Shown: positions 42,357-57,684, counted from the first letter of the stretch. The stretch: 64,000 nucleotides of DNA from Tubiluchus corallicola (GCA_030141605.1 JAQGDQ010000385.1:62001-126000), one strand, 5' to 3'. Numbers and translations: made by a program. The notes: generated by a model not told the origin, from the letters alone.

Positions 42357-42452
42357 TAATTATTTCACATTCATAACACATAATTATTTCACATTCATAA
42401 AGCATAATTATTTCACATTCATAAAGCATAATTATTTCACATTCATAAAGCA
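42357..42452. repeat. 24-bp tandem repeat, 4 copies
   Basis: TAATTATTTCACATTCATAAAGCA x4 (the first copy ends ..AACACA). Confidence 0.95.
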
Positions 42453-45285
42453 CACAAAAATGAAATTTCTTATCATTCTGTGAGGAAAGCATCACTGACA
42501 GTAGTTTGAGGCCTAGACAAGTTAGCTCGGTTCAGTTTGGGCTCGTCACTGGTTTTTCCGATTTGATGGTAAATTTGACCACGACGCTTTGACCAATGTG
42601 ACCTCGACGGTACGTTAGTTTATCGATGAGCAATGGTCACTGTGACAAGGCAGTGAAGGAACTCGAATATGCGCATGCAGTCAGGAGGAACCACGCGGAG
42701 GCTACCACTATAAATGTGGATGCTCTTCGGATAATGGAAACTTAATTGGAGATATATCAAAGATTGCATGCATGAAAAACGAAGTCTAAATAAAACACTA
42801 ATGATAACCCTGGTGAACACTTTTGCGCTATATGACAGTTTATATGATAGTTTACAATTGAAGATGAGATCAGCTGATTGCGAAACGTTTTCTTTCTTCT
42901 TGTGTATGATATTGTGTTTATTTTCATCATCATCCGGCCTATTGACTAAGGGAATAAAATAAAGGTAATGCTGATGTCCACCGAGATGCAAGCAGTATAG
43001 CTGACTAAGCACTACAAGTGTTTTTTATTTTTTCAAATTTAAAATCAAATATTTTCATTCTTTTTAGCTGAGATTTTTAAATCTTTTCATAATGCTTCTT
43101 TTCAACGTAAGCCGCGGCAGCAGCAATATGGCTCTGATTACCAAGTTATATTCAGCTATCGTTACCGCGCACAGTAACAATAAATTGCAGCAATTTTCTT
43201 TTTCCAACTGAAGCCAATTGTTGTAATAACTGAAATCATCTGTGATTGTTTGTCAAGTGATTCATGATGGTCATACGTAAGTGTCACCCGCGTGTTTGTG
43301 CACCGAATATGAACCTTACACCGCAAGCATTATTCTCCAGACCTGCAATCAATGTCTTTTCTGAAATATCGCATGATTAAGCTTGTTGTTTTCTGTAATC
43401 TGTTGCAATAATAACGCTACTTCTGATTTTGGAGAGTCGAATTCAACAGCGCTTTCTATTACGCTGATGTATGGAGGCGATTGCATTTTGACATCTTGCC
43501 CTGGGAAAGAATAACGATGTAGTCCTGCCCGACTGCTTATATTTCGTGTATCAATAGCTTATGAGTTATGTGAGGTACATACTGCTGCTTCAATACAATT
43601 AGCAACGTAATTTCAAAGAAAAGACGTTAGCAATATTTAATGCGTCAAACATTGTATTTCCAGTGTTTTATTAATATCTGACTGATGATGATTCAATCAC
43701 ACATTTCGTGGTTGGACAATAAACTTACAGTTGTTTTACTGATAGTTATAAGCTGCTGAATTTCATGTTAACGTGGTGTGTGAGGCCGGGTTTGGTATTT
43801 AAGCCTGTTTTGTATTGCAGTGTGTTGCAGGAACTAGTTTCAATTTGCAAATGCATTTTTGAATTCCGATTATGAAAATTTATAATTTTTCTGCAGTTTT
43901 TTTTTCGTTTCTGACAGTATTTCGCAATGTTGTTCTACAAGTAATATATTTAGGTCAATCATTTAGGTGAATATGGGGGTGGGATGAACTTTTTATACGA
44001 CAACAGCATCTTTTAATTAGGTGAACATTGGGGAATTAAAAATGTAAACCCCATCAAAACTCAATTTAATTACAATCGCAGTTTGTAATCAGAATACGTT
44101 TTTGTGAAGTGTCACTATTTGCGTCATCATCTATCTACTGTCGCTGTAATGGCTGTTCTAGGTGCGCCTAACTTAAGTGCATATCAAGTTGCACACAGGT
44201 TACAAAGTTAAGGTATTTATTGCGACACGCAGTTAATTGAAAACAAGCGCTCTAATTACATCTACCTAACTCATTCACTGGACAAAAACCTATTTTTATC
44301 GCAATACCTTTGACTGTAATCACTGCATGTATACGTCGCGCTACTGAAATTGCACCCGAGTCTGAGATGGGAAGCCCGGATGGCCAAACCATGAACTTAG
44401 TTCTCTGCTTGGTTGTAGGTAGAGTAGGGATCAGTAGTACCTACTCTATGCTCCAGATTTCAGGTTGAATATAGGACTGATCATATAAAAGGCTTGAGGT
44501 CGGTTGATTGGTCTACAACTCATAAGTATTAGCTGATTAATTTTTAACTCAAAACCTGCATTTAAATTTGTTTATGTTCTTGTCTGTTTTTAACCAACCG
44601 TAGCCTATTTCCAAAAAAAGACATCCCAGATTCGGATACTCCTAGTACTTATGCGCTCACAGATACATAAACGCTCAATGTTTTTCTGTTTCCGTATATA
44701 GGAACTGTTTACTATAGAGTAACAAAGGAAAGGACTGTATATTAGAGGTGAGCTTGCGCTTTTAGCCTCTTGTGTTTGCGAGGATCTCTGGTCTTGGTGT
44801 GATTCAGTCCAGCGTATAATTAGTCCATTTTCAGGCCGTGATGATGTTATTTAATTTAGCCGAGGCAGAGCGGATAATTGAAGTGACGGCTGAGAGCTCT
44901 ACCAGTCGGTGTACTCACCGAATCGACCGCAAATTACGAAATTATTTATTACTTTATTCTCATTGCATTCTACAACATGGCCAGTTTGACATGTCTTCAT
45001 GTCCACACTCGTTTAGTATGATGTTTATAAGCATCACTCTCTTGAAATCTAGTTTATTATTAATATCATTTATAATAATAACTTCATATAATGTAGAATT
45101 AGTACTAGAAATCGCACTGTAAAAAACGAAATTAATAGTTTTGCGCAGTTGTTCAATATAATACATAATAATAAAATCATAACTTTATTCAACCATTGCT
45201 GATTACTGAAGGTATTGTCAAACTGTTCTGCGCACAATCCGGACATTGAGCTCTGATATTAGGCCTTTGCTGCCTTTCATTACTG

Positions 45286-45586
<301 letters not shown>

Positions 45587-48500
45587 GGTCGTCGTTGCTG
45601 TCATTATTATCAGGTTATAAGAACTAGGCAACAGGGTTGTAACAACAGTCATTATATAATTGTAGATATTATGCACCTACAACACAAATACAGACTCGAT
45701 TATGTAATAATCTTGCTGCAAGACACCCACGAAGTGCCATGCGAATGTTCTTCGTGCATGAAGTTAAATAAAATTATGAAAGCTTTTGAGAGCACCACCG
45801 TTCTTCCACAAGCACCAGCTATATAAAAAGCAGTGACACTTCCAAGACTTCTAATTAGTATAATCCATCGTCCATTGAACTGTCCAACAGATTGGCTCGA
45901 CCCCAGGCTGCTTTTCTCTCAGCGTGTGTGTGCGCGCGTACGCGTGGGTGTGCGTGCGTGCGTGTGCCACACGGTAGGGCTCCGCAAGCTTCACTATTTT
46001 TACCTATAATATAGTGTATATCAAACGAAATGTCTTGATCACATAGATTTGCGTAGTAGTATTGGAGAGATCAGTGCTACGCAATGTTTCAATCAATTAT
46101 CATATTGCAAAGATAAATACGTAGCTTATATCAAAGTTATTTTTTACATCAGAATTAAATTTGAAATTAAATTGTTATCCTAAAATGTTTTTGTAGAATT
46201 TGTAATATTATTAAGGAAAATTTTTTTTAAATAATAACTTCCCGCTTCAATTTTATTAAGTTTTGAATTAATTGTGGCAAATTCGACAACTTCATGAGTT
46301 TTCTCAATAACTTTGCTGCTTCTATAGTTAGTCAAAGAAGTGTCAGTATAAAAAAGAATATGAGCTAAAGTTATGCACAACCCCAGCAAGTAGTAGCAAA
46401 ATCGCTGCTGTATTTGTCTTGTATATACGTATGAACTTGCACTTAAAATTTTATTTTAACAATTCTAATTATTTTTTATTGTAATTTCATGTGTAATTTT
46501 ATTATGTTAATTGCTGCGTATTTATATAAAGAGAAGCAGTAGAGAAAAGCTGGCATATATATAAAGTAAATACAGCGAAATCCAATAACACCAATAACCG
46601 GCTGACCATCCCATAGCAATACATATATAACTCAAACTCTGCGAGCAAAATGCAAACGAAAACCAATGTTCCTGTTTATTTAAAGAAAAACGCATTGATA
46701 TGCTGAATGTCAAAATAACAAAACCATCGCGTTTACTTTCAAAGTAAGTCCCTATAGAGGAGTGGAATGTGTGTGCATGCCAAGTGAATGGCCAAGTAAG
46801 TTTGTGTCCAATGAACTTTGGAGTATAAAAACTGAAGCGCAAAAAAGGTAAAAAAGCGCTCAGACAAGGCAACAAAAGATATGACTAAAGGCAAATTTTA
46901 TGTAAGGCTGATTATTGTGAAGATTTAGTTTAACATGTTATGTACATTTCCGTATACATTTGACTGCTTAGCTAATCCCGTTTGATGGCCAACTCTTAAA
47001 TAACTGGCGTACGTGTTTCTATGTTATAAACAATTTTTCAGCGGCATTATGTGGTATGCATGATAATAAAGATTGTGATTAACATTTTCAGTTCTTACTG
47101 TAATTTGCGTAAACGGAATTGCATTTTTTCAAACAGAAGTTATATATGACATTTTATTATAACTGTTTGTAAACCAAATAAATCTGAAATCGTGAAAATA
47201 ATCATGTGTTCTAACCGTTGCGCATCTGATGTTTAATTTTGAATCGCTGAATTAGTTGAAGTAAACACATCTTGATATTTATAATCGAATTACTCTCTAT
47301 TTTTCGTTTTGCTCTTGGAAAGCCACCTATGCAACGTTGGGGTTCAATCTTATGTGTACTGTGCATGTGAAATTAATTTTTTTACTATACTAGAGCAAGT
47401 TTTTGACTAGTTTGTCTTTTCCTGATATGTGTACGTGCACTCTTTCTTATAAAACAAACTGTTTACAAACATGTTGTATGATGTATATTGTACGTGCTAT
47501 AAAAATGTGTGCGTACGTATGTAGACTAAGGACAGTACTTGTTTGTCACGTGGGCGGTTGGTTTCAGTTCCCGGTCGATTCATACCAAAGAGCTGAAAAA
47601 ATGTTACACTGCTTCTGTGACTAAGAGACGTACTATGAGTTTATGGAATAATCCATCATTGGAAATAAGTACTAAATGTTTTTAGATGTTATCTCTAGAC
47701 AAAGTTATCGTCATCATTTGGTTGGAAGTTAAGCACCATAATTTCTCTGCAGCAACAACCTTCTGTCCACCTTGACACTTTGATTGTCTATCAAAATTAT
47801 TTGATCCCGCGGTGAGTTAACGTTTAGCAGACATGTATTTACAAGAAATGGCATTGTATTATAATACTGGCTATTATATTTAAATCTTTTTGCTATACAT
47901 GTGTATTATTAAGGTCATAAGTGTATTTTAATTTCTTATTGATATAGACTTATACTATGCAAAAGTTCTTCTGATTACTGTTGTAAAGTATTAAGTATGA
48001 TCGAATGCCTCTGTGTAAGTAAATAATCTTTTATTTCAGCCATGTAATCCGTAGGTAGCAAACATGCTCGAGATTCCTCAACACAGGTGTAAACATTTTG
48101 AAAGAATTGATGTTTTTCCTGAACTATCAGCGCTTGATGTGTCTACTGGAATTAGTGAAATCAGTTGGTTTCTTTTTTGTACTGACTGATGAACTTGCAT
48201 GTAACATAATAATTTTCAACTTCTATTTTTTAATAGCAAGTGAGGTAAGGTTTTATTTTACTGGAAGCAAGGTATTCATTTCGGTATTTACTTAGGTGAA
48301 AGTTTATATTCGAACCTCCTGAACAATTTGCTTTGCTGCATGAAAATTAATGCATGCAGTGAGAAGATCTGGTGATTAAATAGTGTAACTTAAGCAAAGA
48401 TTTCCGTGTGCTAAGCTTGGAAGTTCTCGGATCAAGTTTTTGCGAGAAATATTAAAACTTTAATTTTTCGTATTGGTCCAGTATCGATAATCTGCAGCCT

Positions 48501-51500
48501 GAACGTGTAAACGTACTATAGATAGTCTAATATATACATGAATAAACATAAATTGATTAAAAACAGTACTTGTTAAAAATATGAACTTTGGTCATTATCA
48601 ATATTATCAACAATATACTTTATTGATTAAAAAATTAAATTATGTGAGAATGCCACTAAGTCTTTCCCAATTCCTCATTTTCGGTCAGTTTCCATAGTTA
48701 CTACAAAGCTGATAAATCAAAACGTTTTAAATTTATTCAAACTTTGCATTTAACTTATGCAAGTATAAAGTAAATTAATTGTACAGTTTATTGATAACAG
48801 TACTCAGACAATGCAACTAGTATACAATTTACATTATGGCCGCAATATTAGACCAGTGATCGTTTATGTTGGATTATTGTGTGTCTTATATCATTGGTCC
48901 AATATAAAATTTAAGGAGCAATTTAAAGGTCTAATCAGGTCAGGGATAGAACGTAATACCCAGTAGACAATGCAGTCAATTTGAATGAATTTTTTGCAGG
49001 TACTAGGGCAGTGTTATGTCCTATGCATAACATTGGTCTGTACTTGCATTAGTTGCTTTTTCACGAGGAAATGTTTGCAGGATGCATCGTTTTACAAGGA
49101 AATGAAGTCATTTACATTAAAAAAATAAATAAAAACTGAGATACGGGAACGATTCAATGTAAAAACTGACCCAATATACCGGACTCTCCCGTCTTTTAAT
49201 TTTGCATGAATTTTTAGTCTTGATCTGCCTTGTAGTTCTTGTTGCAAACTAAAACAAGACAGCAAACAATCAAGCAAGACAAGATATAAGTTTTTGACTT
49301 TAATATATTATGTGCGACCTAAGAAAAACTAATCTAAGATGTCTGTGCCATGTGGACATGGGTAATTAAAAACATTTTTCTTAATTTCATCAATAAAAAA
49401 CGGGCCATTATATTTACTAAAATATATAAATACGTCTAATATATAAGAAGCATAATGTGGCAATAATAAACATTTCGTCAGTTGCATAATCTGTGTATGA
49501 CAAGCGGAATTCAGTTTAAAATGTTGATTATATCATTGTAAATTGCCACACGGCACTCTTGAAGCCAACCCGCGTTACTCAAATTAACAGCACTCGAAGC
49601 TTTCTTGCCAAAATGGCAGCCATGCGAAATCAACAACAGTTCTGAGTAATCAAATTTAAAGCTAATTCAGCTCTGTCGAATGTCCAATTGTAGCGCAGTT
49701 ACTATGACTATGCGGAGCTTTGGGCGGCGTTTCAGGGATTTTAATAGTAACGAGAAAGCTGCAAGTTGAGTTGATAGCGCGTTGATAAGAAGCTGACAAA
49801 GAAGCCAGCGCTGGTGTGGCCGCATGTTTGATGAAGCTTGCCAAACCTTGTCTATAATGTGGGCTGGCAGTTTTAATTTCCTCTAAATATTGGACTTTCC
49901 ACTGGCTAATGCTTTATGCCTAGTACTGATGCTTATGCATGAATTCAAAAGAAACCTTTAATTTGTGATTAAATTAATGATTTTTACTCCATTTTATCGT
50001 CATTTTTAATTTTCCAAGAGTGCTTGCAAATAAGTGCCAAAGACCCACATGAATAGCTTTCTCTAGTGCTAATAATGAGTAAGTTTGTATATATCCCAGA
50101 CAGCACTAGGAAACATAGGTATCGCGGAGAGTGCTTTCTTTTACAGAGCGAAAAGTTGCTTGAATTTGTTAAGTATTATTTGTCCCGTACTACCTAATCA
50201 ACATTCTAATATTGAACTTGTTTTAAGCATTTGATGTTTAGTTTGACAAACAATGACAGTCTTACTGAACTAACTGAGGTGACTCTCTTCTAAAACGAGA
50301 TTTACAAAGTTGTACCTCTCGTGCGAACACGATTTATCTTAAACTTGTATTTCCGAAATTTTGTCCAAGAGGCGACGTATATTCACCGGCAATTTTTAAG
50401 GATCGGAACAGCAACAGTGCTGTTTTTTGAATAAGGAGTCTAAATAGTAATGCAGATAATTAATTAACTAATTACACATTCTGTGCTGCAATTAACATCT
50501 ATAGATCAACTACACTATAGTCTTTGTTTAAAGTTGATGTTTTTTATCCTGGCTTTAGTACACCTATACATCTTATGTATGTCAGATTTACCTGGAGCTG
50601 ATAAAAACTCATTAATTTCCTAAATCGTCGCGAAATGACGCGTCATTTTTTTCTTGAAGAGAGAAATACTGCTGATACCGTGGACAGGAAATTATAGTGA
50701 TATGATTGATACGTTTGAAGACTTGTTTTATCTCGACCGTGCCGTGAAGATAAAACCAATTTATAAAGAACGCCAGTAAATAATTTTCTTTAATCTGTCT
50801 ACTGTAAAAATTGTGCATTTGCACTTGTTTTTTTCGTTTCTTATGTTAGCCATCCTCGAATATTTACTATTATAATAAAAATGCTGATATTGTTTTAACA
50901 TTCCAAGATCTTGCACAGAACTATATTTAGATTTCAATACCTTACTCTACTCGACTACCACTTGGAACTACTAAGTTAACAAAAATATATAGGAAGGCGA
51001 TTTGTTAGTGAATTAGTTGGGCCTTACAGCGAGATACGCAATGTATTTACAATAATCATGCATATTTCGAAGGAATGTACATTTTTTGAACGTCTTGTAT
51101 GAAAAAATTGCATAAGCTAAAATGTTGTGGGTGACATTTAGTTTCCATTTTTTAATTCAGTTTTTACTTATATAGTCGTATTTGTTCTGAAAATTCCTTA
51201 GTCTGTATCAGCTCATCTGTTTAATTAGAAGTCGTGTATTAGCTTAACCAGTTGTAATCATGTGTTTCACTTGTATTTTTTGTGAAATATTTGCGTCTTA
51301 CAATATGTAAAACGTTGTTTGTTTGGTAAACCTGAATGGATAATTTGTGTGCATGGTATTGGTTATTTAGCTAAATTTCCCTACAGGTCTTGCTAGAAGA
51401 CCACCCAAGCAGATGCATGAGCATTTTCCTAATTATAAACAAATACGTTGCAGTATTAATTAGCACTCTCTGCTTATTAACAAGTTTTCTTAATTACATA

Positions 51501-53179
51501 ACTAACTCAAATCATCGCTTACTAATTTGGAAGCCATGTGCTAAATTTCGCGCAACTGTCTGATTGTGGGTCAAGGCAGTTAGTTCTTCTCTTTAAGTGA
51601 TATTTTCGGTGCTGTGTTGTGTATACATGCACCCAAACAATTTATTTTAATTTTCATTGCTATAATTATTATTGTTTGATTTAGATTTAACTCGAGCGAT
51701 AAAGCAGGCTGTGTGTATATATACTGGAAAGTTCGCTTCAGGGGAGGTCAGGCTTCTGTCAAATGAATAACATGTGTTGTGTTGTCTAACATCAGCACAA
51801 AAATCATAATTGGCAGGTTTTATAAATAAATATTGGAAACATAAACAGAAGGATATGACTGGATGGTATCCATTGCGGTTTTTTCACTGGCTTCGATGGC
51901 GACGCATTTATAAATGACTCTTATAACAACTAACAGTTTCTCCTGCTTTACAAATTTCATAACGAACGACTTGCGTTGACAAACGGCAATATTTAACGAA
52001 TATAAATTTTGTTAAACAATTCGCGGCAATTCTGGCGAGATTAAGTTATATTATCGCGCGTCGGTTATGTAAGAACGCTGGCAATCCTCGCTGAATTTCA
52101 AACCATCTGAAGATTGGCTGAAAACGATAAATTTGACACGGCGCATATTTCATAGCTGATATTCGCCGATTCATGTTGGCTGTGATTGACGACATGTTTA
52201 GTCCAAGCAAAATGTGCTGCTGCGTTTGTAAATAAACCGAGATGATATTCTCTCTACACGCGATTCGCATGATAAACTCAGGCTTCTTTGGCTTCTTGCT
52301 TTTCCATTTTGAATTGTAATACTGATTAACGATGAACATGGAGGGACGCGAGAATTACTAATTAAGCAACTGCGCGTCATTACTGGAAGCTGCAGAGGAG
52401 AGATTGATAAAGCAGCAGACTCATGAGCGGCCGCCGCTGATAAGGAATAAACTCATAAGAATTGAAAACATTCTGATGTTCGCCTGCAGACATGATAGTA
52501 ATTGTTTTTCAGTTTCTGGTCTTATCACATTCTACGAACGATATCCTGCCAAATCAGACAAACTTCGGGCAATCATCTATATTGATGTCGTTTTGGCTGC
52601 CGCAAATAGTTTGCTTTTATTCGGTTATCCCTGCGTACCGCCGAGCAAAATTGAGCTAAATTCTTATTTACAACAAACAAATACATAGTTACAAACAAAC
52701 AAATAAACAAATATAAACAGATATTTTTGGTTTCGACAGGATTTGGCGTTTACAGTATTACCTACCATTTTGGGATGTTTGTTAAACGATTTTTCGTTTG
52801 TTTGTTTAATATTAATTCCTGCTTTAAGTTTGGAAGAACTAAACTGGCAGAAAGATTCTCTAGCATAGGAATTGAAGCAAGTGTTTTCTTGACAATGGGC
52901 TTCATGGTTTCGTCAATGTAGACTTGTTCTGGGGCCACGAATCGATAATCTAACTTTCAGTTTTTTCCGTTTTTTTTCTGTAGCCAGTTTCAACATTGGA
53001 CATACTCATCAATGTAGTTTTTTGTTATTTTGAATACTGACTGACAAGCAAACTGACTGCTCCAGTTTGTTTCTTTGGATAGTGAAGTTTGTAGTAGCAT
53101 TTCAAGAGAAACACTCGTCCTATTACGATCTACTCGAGCCTTGCTTAGATTGGAGTTTTAAGCTACGTTCACATTCATC

Positions 53180-53860
53180 CAACAATAATAACGCGACGAA
53201 AACAAAAATTTGCCGGCAGTCGGGCAAAACCAAGTTCTCATAGTAATTGTTTATCGCATCTCCAGTTTATCCATATTCTTTAAGTACAGCTTCCTTGAAT
53301 ATTCCAGTACAGAGAGGTAATAGAAAACTTGAGGCTTTAGCCTGCACATTTCTAACAGGTCAAGGCAATTTTAATGATTTTCTATTCAATATTGGTTATG
53401 CAGACAATAATATGTGCCAGTGTTTAGAGGGGAGGCAAAACCCACATCATCTGCTGTTTCAATGTAAATTCGTAAGTCGCATTAAACGTGAAAACTTTGT
53501 AAGCGTTTTGCAGCACCAAGATGTCAATTATATGCTAACTTGTCGTGATAATCTGATTTTAATTAACTTTGCTAATATTTTGTTAGTTAATTTTATTTTG
53601 TCACTTACCAAACGGGATTAATTAATTTTAGAAAATTGTTATCAATGTCACTTAGGAAGGTAATAATACTACTAATAATAATAATACTACTACTAATATT
53701 AATACAATACTAACGTAGCTATTGTAAGTTGTTAAATATGAAATGTAAAGACTGTTATCTGTTATAGCTCTGGAAATAGAGGGCGCATGCATATATGTAT
53801 GTATTTATATATGCTCCAAATAAATAAAGAATTATACTAATAATAATAATAGTAATTGCT
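53180..53860 (+). mobile_element. Non-LTR retrotransposon 3' remnant with CCHC zinc knuckle (I/R1-group-like)
   Basis: ORF 53247-53621 contains FLTGQGNFNDFLFNIGYADNNMCQCLEGRQNPHHLLFQC (LTGHGxF..CxC..QxxxHLLFxC). An AT-rich 3' UTR follows, with AATAAA (~53819) and a (TAA)n tail. Confidence 0.75.
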
Positions 53861-54071
53861 GTGTTACTGGTTTTACCGCAGTTATTAATTAAAGTCGCGG
53901 CACCTATATGAGATTTGAACCAGAAGATTTGGGTAATGAATTGGTAATGCCAAGATCTGTAGATAAGATAAATCCAATATCTGGATTTGAACCTTCGATC
54001 TTAGCATTAGTACGTAATACAAGGCGAATTGAAGAGTTTGGGATACTATTCAACGAATCCACGTCAAGAAT

Positions 54072-54237
54072 TAGACGCTCAAATCTTGGATTTAATATGA
54101 ATGATATCGAGGCTAGACCTTTTTGAAATCTTGGATTTAATATGAATTATAGAACTATATAATGTGATTAATAGCGTACCATTTTAATGTTTAATATGAA
54201 TTATATAATGTGAATAATAAAAGTATCATTTTAATGT
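54072..54237. repeat. Nested short direct duplications
   Basis: AAATCTTGGATTTAATATGAAT x2 and TATATAATGTGA..CATTTTAATGT x2. Confidence 0.8.
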
Positions 54238-57200
54238 ATAATCACGGATTTAAACTGAGGCATTGCAAGAGTTTAATATATCACATAAAAGCGTGAATGT
54301 GAGGTGATAGATCTCAATGTGCAGTGACACTTTAACTTGAATTTCAGACTTTCTGTCTAATGTACCGCGTTAGCCTAGGTTTAGAACTTGTATGAATAAC
54401 ATATTATATCAATATCAGACAGATAGCTTTTTGGATTTTATTTAATCTTAGTGGTTATTTCAAGTTCTTTTGGTAAAGAGCGTCAGTTGTTAAAATAAAG
54501 ACAATTTATATTTTACTTGCAAAGTTTCGTACATCGCCCCTGCCTTGTTATAATGAGGAAGTTTGGGAGCCTGAAATTATTCGAACGTAAGTCCATCAGC
54601 GGCATGCAGCTGGCAAAATCATATTGAAACCAAGCTTTTGACCTAATTACTTTCAAACGGGTGAAGTATAAACCAGCTGAGCGGGCCTACGTTATTCGAT
54701 ACTATGTGTCCATAATAATCATGTGAGGAGGTTTGGAGCTGAGAGTTTGTGATTGATGCCAGGACGAGCTAGTAATAAGCTCCATTCGATATGTTGCGAA
54801 GATGTTTACATCTTCAAGCGCAAAATATTACATGTGGAAAAACGTGCTTTCGCGTTCAATTTTCTGACATGCCCTAAAAGATACAGACAGTCGAACATTC
54901 CAATGCCATACAGCAGATGTCCAGATGTTAAGATATAATGCATCATTGCGCAGATCAAAAACAAACTTCCATATTGTAGTTTGCGCTACACTTGTTAATA
55001 TTATTACGTAGCCGCGCTTTTATCCTTTGGCTTTTAATTTACTTACCCATAGATCATAATACTCTCATCATTTTCATTAGCTGTTCTCATTTTTTGTTTA
55101 TTAGCAATTTTATGTTGTAGATCTAGCTTCTCTGTTAATTAATCAAGTGTCTTAACTTTTTTCACATAATACCAAAGTGATTATGTATATATATATATAT
55201 ATATTGTTAAAAGACTTAAGTTGTTGTTTTGTATGCCAGTGTTTGTTGACGCACACTATATCAGTTTATTGCGCAGAGGAGTCAGTTGACACAAGTGCGT
55301 GGTATTCTTATAAACAGAGTGTTATTTTGTTGAAAGTTGCAAACATGAATAAAATATTTCTATATCAGACAACTGAGCTTTGTTCTGAGCTGAGTTTCAC
55401 ATGTCATACGGTCTGTAAGCTGGCGGGGAAAATCGGACTTTAAATTATTAAAGATGAAGACGATGGTAACTATCACGTATATGACAGTGTTTCCCATTTT
55501 GGAAGATATTGTAAGATTGAAACCTGAGACACGTGTATGTACGCCACGGCTTGGCTATTGATGAAGAATAGAAGTAACAGCTCTGACACTTGCCAGGAAA
55601 TTGAGAAAATGTAAGAGTTTCGTGGTAAGGGCGACGCTTGGATATTGATTGAGTGTTGTGTGCCTAGGTCTTTGACAAGCCAAAAGCTAGCAGTCTGACG
55701 ACCGTGCGGCCGTCTGGGTCGTATTCGTGCAGTGACCAGTCGTTGTCCACTTTCACTCACGGGAGATTAAATGAGACGAGGTTGATTGTCCCCAGTTACC
55801 TTTACCTGCTTTCCAGCCTTATCCTCTGAATTTGCAGGTCAGGACAAAAATAGCTTTCCTACTGTTCTTTTATGCAGATTTGCAGCATTTGCCAATTACG
55901 ATATTTATTAAGATTTGTGTGAAAGTTGCTGTAATTTAACCGCCTGTCACGTGAATGTTTTTCTCACACCTTTATTCACTTGCCTGCACGCACATTAAAT
56001 GGATGATCAAATGTCGCATGCAGTAAAATTTTCAGTAAAATCGCCCGTTTCATTTGGCGTCACATTATCATTGTAATTCGTCGATAGTTACACGTCTCTG
56101 CGCTGTTCGCTAATAGACACGAGGTTAATAGAAAGAGTGCCCTTTTTAGGAATTCGCCCTCGTCTTGTCGAAGGAAGCCTTTGATGCTTTGCTGATTTAA
56201 TTAATGGATTGGTCTGGCAGCATCAATGTTGCTTACTGCCTGCTAAACAGGGACAGGGAAATGCAAGTTGAATGCACAACACAAATCTTTCTGAATCTTG
56301 CCTCATCTGTATGCAACCAGAGTGGCGAGCATTTCCAATAATTAACCAGCGGGTCATAAGATGTAATTCATGAATAATATCATCGACAACGGGAAATGAA
56401 ATCTGACATTGGTGGCTTATTGCGAGGCTCACCGAGAAGACGCAACTATATAATGCGCTGGCAAGGCTGTCTTAATGCCTCATATGCCTTAATGGCAGTG
56501 GTGGGCTTCTCCGCATTTGCAAAATCGATTCAGTAAATTCATAATATTAACTAGTGATCATGTGCTGCTGCTAAGTCCCTAAATTTAAAAGTGTTATCAT
56601 AGACTGTGATTTTTAATTACGCACATCGGGAATAAAGTTCTGGATACCCATGCTTTTCAGGTAATTGTAATGGATCCGCCGCCGTCCGCTAATCTTTTGC
56701 GTCTGTTTCGCTAAAAGCATCGTTATACAGATAAATTCCTTTAACAAGAATTTCGTGCAGTTTCTTCAGTTTTCTTGTCTCGTCTGATAATTAAAACTTT
56801 TCAAAACTCGCATGGATAGTGACGAGTTTTCTCTAAAGTTTACAAGTTTCGTGTACTTGTACTTATGGCAGTCATTTTGACGTTGCGTGCGTCGCCGATT
56901 GGCTCAAAGCCCTAACATGCTGCTGCAAGAGGATGCAATGTCCGAGTCCCTCTGTTGGAAAGCTTGTTATGTTAGCAAGTTCATCAAATTAGCCACCGCA
57001 ACAGTTTAACTCAGGAACTAACCTTGCTAGAAAAACACAAAATACTACCTTTATTACTGCGCGGCGTATATTATGAGAATGTGAAGTTGTCAGAATTTCA
57101 GAAAAACGGCTTAAAACTATAAAATATAAAAAGGATGAAGGCCTTACTAAAGCTCAAGTAACAGCTACAATACATCTTATAAAGTTTTAGGAGGTAATGT

Positions 57201-57684
57201 TATGCAATTGTTAGAAATAATACATAAATAATACTGGGCACATTTAGGTCTAGGTAATTGCTTTAATCCAGAGTAAGCAGTTTTAGGTGATAGTGCATGA
57301 TATGTTAAACGTTTTTATTTATCCTTTATTTGACTGTGAGAGAAACAAGCAGCCATTCAGTATGACAGCATTGATGTGTCGCATTGCCATTTACTCTGGC
57401 AGGAAATTTTTCCCCTAATAAGTGTCTGATGCATCGTTTGAGATCGGAGAACGGATGAGTAAAGTTAATAGAGAAGGATACTAAAAACGAGGCGGAGCGA
57501 CAGCGCAAAGATTGATGCTTCAGGAAAAACCATCAAGAAATGATGAGTGAGAGATGCGTGCATTTAAAAACTCGAGTGCACTAATTGATAAACGCTTGAA
57601 ACAGATTCACGCACGAGTTACGATTGTTTCAGACGTATGTTTTTGAAATAAGACCGAGAGAAGGTTATTGTTGGTATGCCTATT

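Noticed and set aside
45820-45860. TATAAAAAG as an internal promoter
   Set aside because: An isolated motif in AT-rich DNA with no convincing downstream exon.
55690-55725. CTGACGA plus hairpin as a hammerhead ribozyme
   Set aside because: No GAAA after stem II. Other CTGANGA sites I examined also lacked the hammerhead core.
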